DNA of 10,579 bases from Clostridia bacterium (GCA_024404275.1 JAKSQG010000048.1:1-10579); one strand, 5' to 3'. Shown: positions 1-6,050, counted from the first letter of the stretch. Notes: generated by a model not told the origin, from the sequence alone. Program-made: numbers and translations.

Positions 1-405
1 TTCCTCACCCGCTTTGGCGAGATCTTCCGCATCCTGAACACCGATACCATGCTGGCGCAGATCGAGGAATGCTACCGCATGCTGGCGCCCGAGATGGACA
101 TGCACTTTGACCGCTGGGCGTCCGAGAACCTCAAGAACATCTCCGCCGACCAGCCGCAGACCAAGGATGGCTGCCTGCGCTACTGGAACACGCGTGTGGA
201 GCGTCTCCGCAACGTGGTGCGCAAGCGCCCCGCCTATTGCTGGCGGCAGGTGGCGGAGTGGTTCAAGATGACGGATGCCGAGATGGAGGTCTATTTCGGA
301 CCCATCCCGCTCATCAGCACCGACGCCACATGGAACTCCACCTCGGCGGAAAACAAGGCCATGACGTACCTGTACGGTCCCAACTGGAAACGCCTGTACG
401 AATGA
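1..405 (+). CDS. 3' fragment of a gene starting upstream of the window; possibly a CotH-family protein C-terminus
   Basis: Frame 1 is open from base 1, so the ORF-track Met at 49 is internal. It ends at TGA 403-405, followed by a second TGA at 406-408. GC-rich third codon positions match the neighbouring host genes. The product guess rests only on remembered resemblance of ...APEMDMHFDRW...RYWNTRVERLRNVVRKRP... to the C-terminal part of CotH-family proteins and was not verified. Confidence 0.5.
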   Translation, partial: FLTRFGEIFRILNTDTMLAQIEECYRMLAPEMDMHFDRWASENLKNISADQPQTKDGCLRYWNTRVERLRNVVRKRPAYCWRQVAEWFKMTDAEMEVYFGPIPLISTDATWNSTSAENKAMTYLYGPNWKRLYE

Positions 406-521
406 TGACTGTGCACCGCATCCTGTTTATGACAACCTGAACATGGCTTTACGCAAAAAAAGATTCCCCTTGTACAAAGGAAATTCAATATTCGATAAAC
501 GATCGGGAGGTTACTTGACCG

Positions 522-2189
522 ATGTCTGACTGGTGGAAAAAATCCGTTGTGTATCAGGTCTATCCCCGTTCCTTCTGCGACAGCAACGGCGATGGTGTGG
601 GCGACCTGCGCGGCATCATCGGCAAGCTGGATTACATCAAGACCCTGGGGGCGGATGTCATCTGGCTGAACCCCATCTATGCCTCGCCCAATGACGATAA
701 CGGCTCCGATATCAGCGATTATTACGCCATCATGCCCGCGTTTGGCACCATGGCGGAGCTTGATGAGCTGCTGCGAGAGGCGCCGGCCCGCGGACTGCAC
801 ATCCTGATGGACCTGGTGGTCAACCACACCTCCGACGAGCACCCCTGGTTTAAGGAAAGCCGCAAGAGCAAGGACAACCCCTACCGCGATTTTTATATCT
901 GGCGCGAGGGCAAAGGAACGCTGCCGCCCAACAACTGGTGGTCGTATTTCGGCGGCTCCGCGTGGCAGAAGTGCGATGAAACGGGCGAATACTACCTGCA
1001 TGTGTTCTCCCGCAAGCAGCCGGACCTCAACTGGGAAAACCCCGCCGTGCGGCAGGAAGTCTACCGCATCATGCGCTTCTGGCTGGATAAGGGCGTGGAT
1101 GGCTTCCGCATGGACGTGATCAACTACATCAGCAAGGTGCCCGGGCTGCCCGATGGCCCGCTGATGCCCAACGGTCTGGGGGACTTCGGTCCCGGCTGCA
1201 TCAACGGTCCGCGCATTCATGAGTTTTTGCAGGAAATGAACCGCGAGGTGCTGTCCCATTACGATGTGATGACCGTGGGGGAGATGCCCGGTGTGTCCCC
1301 CGAGCAAGCCTGCCGTTATGCCTCCGTGGAGGGCAACGAGCTGAACATGGTCTTCCAATTCCAGCATATGGAGCTGGACTTTGATGAGCGCTACAGCAAG
1401 TGGACGCTGCTGCCCACGCCCCTGGATGCGCTGCGCCGCAATCTGTCCACATGGCAGACGGCCCTGCATGGCAAAGGCTGGAACAGCCTGTACTGGAACA
1501 ACCACGACCAGCCCCGCATCGTTTCCCGCATGGGCGACGACAGCACCGATGCGCTGCGCACCGCCTCTGCCAAGATGCTGGGCACGCTGCTGCACATGAT
1601 GCAGGGCACGCCCTATGTGTACGAGGGCGAAGAGCTGGGCATGACCAACGTGCCGTTTACCTCGGTGGAGCAGTACCGCGACATCGACGCGCTGAACGGC
1701 TACCGCGAGCTGACCATCATCCACGGTCTGCCGCACGAGGAGGCCTTTGCCCGCGTGAACGGTCACAGCCGTGACAACGCGCGCACGCCCATGCAATGGG
1801 ACGATTCCCCCAACGCCGGTTTTACCGCGGGTGAGCCGTGGATCATGATGAACCCCAATTACACAACCATCCATGCCGCCGCGCAGATCAACGACCCGGA
1901 CAGCGTATTCTCATACTATCGGCAGCTGATCGGGCTGCGTAAGCAGTACGACATCATCACCGAGGGCGATTATGAGCAGCTGCTGGAAAACAGCAAGCAC
2001 TTTTTTGCCTATCGCCGTCACCGGAACGGTCAGACGCTGACCGTCCTCTGCGGCTTCAACCGCGAAACGATCGCGGATGATGAGGTCGCGCCGTACTGCA
2101 CCGGCACGCAGCTGCTTTGCAACTGCAGCGAGAGCAGCAGCGGCTGCTGGCAGCCTTTTGAGACCCGGGTGTATCTGTCACAGGAGTGA
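522..2189 (+). CDS. malL: GH13 (subfamily 31-like) alpha-glucosidase, oligo-1,6-glucosidase type
   Basis: 555 aa, colinear with Bacillus oligo-1,6-glucosidase as I remember it. GH13 conserved regions are present: VVNHTSDEH (I), GVDGFRMDVINYI (II, nucleophile Asp), MTVGEMPG (III, acid/base Glu), YWNNHDQPR (IV). Val directly after the nucleophile Asp is typical of alpha-1,6-specific members. GGGAGG at 505-510 precedes ATG 522; the stop is TGA. A trehalose-6-P hydrolase or sucrose-isomerase-type specificity cannot be excluded. Confidence 0.9.
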   Translation: MSDWWKKSVVYQVYPRSFCDSNGDGVGDLRGIIGKLDYIKTLGADVIWLNPIYASPNDDNGSDISDYYAIMPAFGTMAELDELLREAPARGLHILMDLVVNHTSDEHPWFKESRKSKDNPYRDFYIWREGKGTLPPNNWWSYFGGSAWQKCDETGEYYLHVFSRKQPDLNWENPAVRQEVYRIMRFWLDKGVDGFRMDVINYISKVPGLPDGPLMPNGLGDFGPGCINGPRIHEFLQEMNREVLSHYDVMTVGEMPGVSPEQACRYASVEGNELNMVFQFQHMELDFDERYSKWTLLPTPLDALRRNLSTWQTALHGKGWNSLYWNNHDQPRIVSRMGDDSTDALRTASAKMLGTLLHMMQGTPYVYEGEELGMTNVPFTSVEQYRDIDALNGYRELTIIHGLPHEEAFARVNGHSRDNARTPMQWDDSPNAGFTAGEPWIMMNPNYTTIHAAAQINDPDSVFSYYRQLIGLRKQYDIITEGDYEQLLENSKHFFAYRRHRNGQTLTVLCGFNRETIADDEVAPYCTGTQLLCNCSESSSGCWQPFETRVYLSQE

Positions 2190-2228
2190 CGCCGCTTTCG
2201 ACTTCCAGGCAAACTGCATTTCAAAGCC

Positions 2229-2279
2229 CCTTCGACCCGATTTCGCTTTTCGCAAAGGCAACGGATCGAAGGTTTTTTT
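2229..2279 (+). terminator. Rho-independent terminator after the glucosidase gene
   Basis: CCTTCGACCCG (2229-2239) pairs with CGGATCGAAGG (2262-2272) with one mismatch and a ~22-nt loop. A T7 run follows at 2273-2279, 40 nt past the stop codon. Confidence 0.6.
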
Positions 2280-2539
2280 ATTTGGCCATTGTCTCCCAGG
2301 GCTGATTCATAGATAAGAACGGCAAGCGGGTGACAGTACAGAGTTGTGTTTCAGCTGCTTTGATCAAACAAGCGCTCAATGGCAATGTCAGAGCCTTTGA
2401 GACCATTCGTGATATGGTGATACGAATCCATGTTCTGAATTATTGTAACTGTTAAAGGACAGTTCCTCTGAAGTCAACTGCGGAGGGGCTTTTTGATACA
2501 CTTATGGAGAGAGTACTTGATGAATGTGATAGGCAAATC

Positions 2540-2568
2540 TTGTAAAGCATATGTTCATTTGGTATAAT
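2540..2568 (+). promoter_or_regulatory. Sigma-70/SigA-type promoter with extended -10
   Basis: TTGTAA (2540-2545), an exact 17-nt spacer, then TATAAT (2563-2568) preceded by TGG, giving a TGnTATAAT extended -10. The predicted TSS is about 2575. This is the only good promoter upstream of the 2809 CDS. Confidence 0.6.
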
Positions 2569-2608
2569 ATACTTAACACTTCGAATCAAGAACCATTGGT
2601 ATTCAAAC

Positions 2609-2635
2609 AGAAGCCCCCGTCGGGGCTTTTCTCAC
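2609..2635 (+). terminator. Intrinsic-terminator-like hairpin inside the leader (attenuator or end of a ~60-nt sRNA)
   Basis: AAGCCCC (2611-2617), loop CGTC, GGGGCTT (2622-2628), then TTCTC. The stem can extend by A-U and G.U pairs. It lies only ~35 nt downstream of the predicted TSS and ~170 nt upstream of the CDS start. Confidence 0.5.
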
Positions 2636-2808
2636 ACACTGTGCAGTCGGTCGAACCGACGATTTGAATGAATACTGTAATCATAATGTCGGTCAAGTTT
2701 GAGAGAAGTGTAATTTTGTAGGGAACTCAAACAGTGTTGCCGATTGCAGGAACACGGTGTTCATTTGAGAGTAGTACTGTTGAAAGCGTTTTGTACCGAG
2801 GTGACGGC

Positions 2809-5568
2809 ATGGCAAACCAGTTTTTGACCAACTATACCGAAACTACTTTCCTTGAGAAGATCAAGGATAATCTGCGGCATTGCTCAGCATTTTCCTTTTC
2901 AGTCAGCTTTATCAAAAAGGCTGGCTTGATTTTATTGTTCAGAGATATCGAAGCAGCCGTAGAACGTGGCTGTCGCGGACGGATCATTACTTCGACATAT
3001 CAGAATTTTACTGACATTGAATCGTTGAAGAGCTTCTATACTTTGGCAGGACGCTGCAACAATTTTGAATGCCATCTCGATCATGAATGCTTCCATGATA
3101 ATGGTTACAGTACACTTGGTTATCATTCAAAAGGTTATCTATTTGAACTTGATGATTGCTGTGAACTGATTGTCGGCTCATCCAATATCACGCGTTATGC
3201 GCTGCTCAAAAATATAGAATGGGACGTTGTCGTTCGTGAGTCCAAGGGCAGCGAAGCATATGAGCAGGCAATGGCAGAATTCAATAGCCGTTGGTCAGCA
3301 ACACATCCGCTAAACAGCGAGATCATCAATCTGTATGCTAACAAACTGAATTTTGCCATTGAACGCTGGGATATGGATTACGACTTTTCGCAGGCAAATA
3401 TCAAACCCAATTTCATGCAGCGCAAAGCATTGAAAGAACTGAATCGTTATCGTGCTGTCGGAACAAACCGTGCGCTTGTTGTTGCTGCCGCCGGTTCCGG
3501 GAAAACATATCTTGCGGCATTCGATGCATTGAATTTCAATCCAAAGAGACTTCTATACATTGTGCATGAAGGCTCCATTTTGAAGAAATCATTGGAAACT
3601 TTTCAGGATGTGTTTGGCAACCAAGTGACCTATGGCATATACAGTGGCACCAGCAAAGAATCAGATGCGGATTTTGTGTTTGCAACAAACATTACAATGA
3701 GCAATACGCTGGATCTGTTCCGGAAAGATGAGTTCGACTACATCATCATCGATGAATGTCATCATGCAACAGCTGAGACTTATCGTAAGATCATCGCATA
3801 TTTCGAACCGGAATTTCTTCTCGGCTTGACTGCGACACCTGAACGTATGGATAATCAGGATGTCTTTGAACTATTTGAGCAGAATGTGCCGTATGAGCTT
3901 CGACTGCGTGATGCAATCATTAACGATATTGTTGTGCCCTTCAAATATTATGGCATCCGTGACAAACTGGTCGACTATGGCCTGGGCGCAAATGAAGAAC
4001 GCCGTATGATTGCTCAAATGGCAAATGACGATCATTGTGATTTTATCGCAGAGCAGATCGAGGCTCATCGCGGTCAAGGAAAACTGAAAGCCCTTGCTTT
4101 CTGTCGTAATGTTACACATGCCCGCATGATGTGTGAATCAATGGGCGAGCATTACCACACTGCATATCTGACGGGGCGGAATGACATTGGTGAACGCATT
4201 CGAGCTTACAATGATCTGCAGAGCGATGCAGCAGATTTGGAGATTCTGTTCACAGTTGATATTCTGAATGAAGGTGTCGATATTCCCGGTGTCAACATGG
4301 TGCTATTCCTACGTCCAACGGAATCCTCGACGATCTTCATTCAGCAACTCGGACGCGGGTTGCGTAAATTCACCAACAAACAGTTTGTCACTGTATTGGA
4401 CTTTATCGGTAACAGCTATAAGCGCAGTGTGCAGATTGCGTTTGCGCTTTCCTCCCTTGCCGAAAACTTTGTCGTAGAAAAGCGCCTCATGGCTTCATTG
4501 GTCCGTGATGACTTTTCTGCTTTGGCATTACAGCAATATGGCGTTGAGATTCATATTGATGATCTTAGCAAAGAAGAAATCCTGGAGTTTATAGACAAAG
4601 AAAACTTCAATGCCATCAAGTATCTGAAACAGGACTATTTCAATTTCAAAAAATATATCAACGCTGAGTTTTGGCCAAAGCATATAGATTATCTGAATAA
4701 CGATTGTGCTCCGGACCTGATTCGGTTCATGAGCGTGAAAACAGCAGGAAAGAAACACTTCTCCTATTACAATTTCCTTCGGGCAATCGGAGAAGAAAAC
4801 TTACCCGTATTCAGTGAAGAACAAATCAGTTTTATCAATTATCTGTCAAGCCTCCTGCCTTTAGTCCGGCCACATGAATATATGATTGTAAAAGAACTGA
4901 TGAAAGCATCAATGTCTGTTGATGAAATGTCTGCATTGTTATGTCAGCAGATTCCAGGATATCAATTTGTTGAATTACGTCATGCACTTGAGTTTTTGAA
5001 ATACATCCATCATGATGGTGATGTTCTGTCGCTCGAGACAGAGATGGATGATCAGCTACGTGAGTATCTGGATGATTTGCTTACGTATGGCCTCACTCGC
5101 TACACCACTGACTACGGCGAAGAGACAGGATTCAAACTTTGGCAGAATTACCGTATGGATCAGGTTCAGATGAAGTTGCTAAAGAATCCAGGATACACAG
5201 CGGTCGGTACATATTATTATGACGATGTAGTTGTCATTTTCGCATCACTGAAAAAAGATCTTGATGCAGAGAACCGATTGAACTATAAAGACAAATTCTT
5301 GCAGCCTAATCTCTTTCAGTGGGAATCGAGAAATAATCTTCCAGCCGAAGATCTATCCAAACTGAACAGCAGCCGCTTTGCATATGTCTTTATTCGTAAG
5401 GTATCGGATGAGAATGGCATAACGTTGCCGTTCACCTATGTGGGCAAAGGTGTATTAGGCAATTGCCGAGCAACAGAAAATGGTAATAGAACGTATTTGT
5501 TCGACATCGAAATGGATAATGCACTTCCAAATTACTTGCAGTACGACTTTGGATTGACGAAAGAGTGA
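2809..5568 (+). CDS. SauUSI-family type IV (modification-dependent) restriction endonuclease candidate: PLD/HKD nuclease + SF2 DExH helicase/ATPase + C-terminal DUF3427
   Basis: I place the start at ATG 2809 (GAGGTG at 2798-2803, 5-nt spacer), not the ORF-track GTG at 2734. Single HKD-type motif HSKGYLF...VGSSNIT at 3124-3192. Walker A AAAGSGKT at 3484-3507. Motif II DECH at 3751-3762. Motif III TATP at 3829-3840. Motifs V/VI ...LNEGVDIPGV... and QQLGRGLR at 4342-4365. The C-terminal ~145 aa (about 5130-5565: WQNYRMDQV...FASLKKD...YKDKFLQPNLFQWESRN...YVFIRK...FTYVG) fits my memory of the DUF3427 pattern. Size (919 aa) and domain order match the published description of SauUSI. Stop is TGA. 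Confidence 0.75.
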   Translation: MANQFLTNYTETTFLEKIKDNLRHCSAFSFSVSFIKKAGLILLFRDIEAAVERGCRGRIITSTYQNFTDIESLKSFYTLAGRCNNFECHLDHECFHDNGYSTLGYHSKGYLFELDDCCELIVGSSNITRYALLKNIEWDVVVRESKGSEAYEQAMAEFNSRWSATHPLNSEIINLYANKLNFAIERWDMDYDFSQANIKPNFMQRKALKELNRYRAVGTNRALVVAAAGSGKTYLAAFDALNFNPKRLLYIVHEGSILKKSLETFQDVFGNQVTYGIYSGTSKESDADFVFATNITMSNTLDLFRKDEFDYIIIDECHHATAETYRKIIAYFEPEFLLGLTATPERMDNQDVFELFEQNVPYELRLRDAIINDIVVPFKYYGIRDKLVDYGLGANEERRMIAQMANDDHCDFIAEQIEAHRGQGKLKALAFCRNVTHARMMCESMGEHYHTAYLTGRNDIGERIRAYNDLQSDAADLEILFTVDILNEGVDIPGVNMVLFLRPTESSTIFIQQLGRGLRKFTNKQFVTVLDFIGNSYKRSVQIAFALSSLAENFVVEKRLMASLVRDDFSALALQQYGVEIHIDDLSKEEILEFIDKENFNAIKYLKQDYFNFKKYINAEFWPKHIDYLNNDCAPDLIRFMSVKTAGKKHFSYYNFLRAIGEENLPVFSEEQISFINYLSSLLPLVRPHEYMIVKELMKASMSVDEMSALLCQQIPGYQFVELRHALEFLKYIHHDGDVLSLETEMDDQLREYLDDLLTYGLTRYTTDYGEETGFKLWQNYRMDQVQMKLLKNPGYTAVGTYYYDDVVVIFASLKKDLDAENRLNYKDKFLQPNLFQWESRNNLPAEDLSKLNSSRFAYVFIRKVSDENGITLPFTYVGKGVLGNCRATENGNRTYLFDIEMDNALPNYLQYDFGLTKE

Positions 5569-5649
5569 TCTCACAGCACCTATGTGAAAAAGCAATGTCT
5601 AAGTTAAAATCCAAGCTTTTATCATTTTGAAAAACTAAATATTGAAAAA

Positions 5650-5678
5650 GGCCACCGGAGCGATTCGATGGCTTTTTT
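5650..5678 (+). terminator. Rho-independent terminator of the restriction-enzyme gene
   Basis: GGCCACCGGA (5650-5659), loop GCGA, TTCGATGGCT (5664-5673). This is a 10-bp stem with one mismatch and two G.U pairs, followed by a T-run to 5678. Confidence 0.65.
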
Positions 5679-5785
5679 ATGGAGGTGCAATATGATATGC
5701 AAATTCGTGTGCACTACTGGGAAAAATGCTGCGGAAAACCCACGATTTTCCATCATTCACCGGTGATGTTTTTCGGAAAATCCCG

Positions 5786-5831
5786 ATAAAATAAAGGAAA
5801 GTCAGCGATTCTCCGGAATTGCTGACTTTCC
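5786..5831 (-). terminator. Rho-independent terminator of the tRNA gene
   Basis: On the minus strand, GGAAAGTCAGCAATTC / GAATCGCTGACTTTCC (plus-strand 5796-5831) forms a 16-bp stem with one G.U pair and a 4-nt loop. It starts 4 nt after the tRNA CCA end and is followed by TTTATTTTATC. Confidence 0.75.
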
Positions 5832-5835
5832 TTGT

Positions 5836-5911
5836 TGGCAGCGCGTATGGGGCTCGAACCCATGTTCGCGATTTTAGAGACCGCTGTCCTGGACCACTAG
5901 ACGAACGCGCC
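5836..5911 (-). tRNA. tRNA with anticodon CUA (amber suppressor type, tRNA-Sup-CTA); tRNA-Glu-like body; encoded CCA
   Basis: The minus-strand 76-mer folds by hand as GGCGCGU-UC-GUCU-AGUGGUCC-AGGAC-A-GCGGU-CUCUAAA-AUCGC-GAAC-AUGGG-UUCGAGC-CCCAU-ACGCGCU-G-CCA. The acceptor stem has 7 pairs (G1.U72 wobble, then 6 Watson-Crick). The anticodon stem has 5 pairs (one G.U) and the T stem has 5 pairs. U8, A14, GG in the D loop, U33, G53, TTC, A58 and C61 are all present. The 7-nt anticodon loop CUCUAAA puts CUA at positions 34-36 (plus-strand TAG at 5875-5877). Confidence 0.85.
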
Positions 5912-6021
5912 ATACACGTTTTTATATTTGACACGGAACGGGTTTTTCCTGCCGGGGCGGGCAGATTTCTTTTATTTTGTACTCTTTTGTTCCGTGCTCT
6001 CCGATGAAAACGCTTCTGCCG

Positions 6022-6050
6022 TTGTATTTTGTTTGTTCCTGTGTTATAAT
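6022..6050 (+). promoter_or_regulatory. Sigma-70/SigA-type promoter for the 6087 CDS
   Basis: TTGTAT (6022-6027), a 17-nt spacer, then TATAAT (6045-6050) preceded by TGT (extended -10). It lies ~37 nt upstream of ATG 6087. Confidence 0.55.

Larger units (their letters stand above)
2290..5835. other. Low-GC, horizontally acquired island between the glucosidase terminator and the 3' end of a tRNA gene
   Basis: Sample 60-nt lines inside the island count about 38-47% GC, against about 62% in the flanks. The island gene uses A/T-ending codons while flanking genes use G/C-ending codons. The right edge abuts the tRNA 3' end and its terminator. No integrase, transposase or flanking direct repeats were found by eye. 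Confidence 0.7.

Noticed and set aside
291-1874. 527-aa ORF on the minus strand
   Set aside because: It lies entirely antisense to the well-supported GH13 glucosidase gene. The translation is low-complexity and rich in Gly/Ala/Val/His/Arg, typical of shadow ORFs in GC-rich DNA. No RBS or recognisable motifs. The same applies to the smaller ORFs at 1201-1452, 1381-1599, 1391-1609 and 1400-1774.
2646-2660. GTCGGTCGAACCGAC hairpin as a remnant of the tRNA T-arm (distal att site)
   Set aside because: It shares TCGAACC with the tRNA T-arm region. However, read on the minus strand the loop is only 3-5 nt, there is no adjoining acceptor-stem or CCA sequence, and the similarity does not extend beyond about 9 of 11 bases. 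It is better explained as a leader RNA hairpin.
2734-2808. GTG 2734 as start of the large island ORF (ORF-track start)
   Set aside because: There is no Shine-Dalgarno in front of 2734, whereas ATG 2809 has GAGGTG 5 nt upstream. The 25 extra residues (MLPIAGTRCSFESSTVESVLYRGDG) precede the region where the PLD-domain sequence begins. They are retained only as part of the read-through speculation.
5836-5911. Interpreting the CUA tRNA as tRNA-Pyl or tRNA-Sec
   Set aside because: tRNA-Pyl has a 6-bp anticodon stem, a 3-nt variable loop, a tiny D loop lacking GG and one linker nucleotide after the acceptor stem. tRNA-Sec reads UGA and has a long extra arm. This tRNA has none of those features. 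No pyl genes are in the window, although they could be elsewhere in the genome.
5677-5934. 85-aa minus-strand ORF
   Set aside because: It runs straight through the tRNA gene and its terminator hairpin. There is no RBS and the composition is arbitrary.
5949-5985. CTGCC-GGGGCG-GGCAG hairpin plus T-rich tract, and a perfect TTGACA at 5930-5935 on the plus strand
   Set aside because: The stem has only 5 bp and no plus-strand gene ends upstream of it. TTGACA has no acceptable -10 at 16-19 nt. The region is more likely the unresolved promoter/UP region of the divergent tRNA gene. I could not define a convincing -35/-10 for the tRNA beyond a TATAAA 9 nt upstream of its 5' end.
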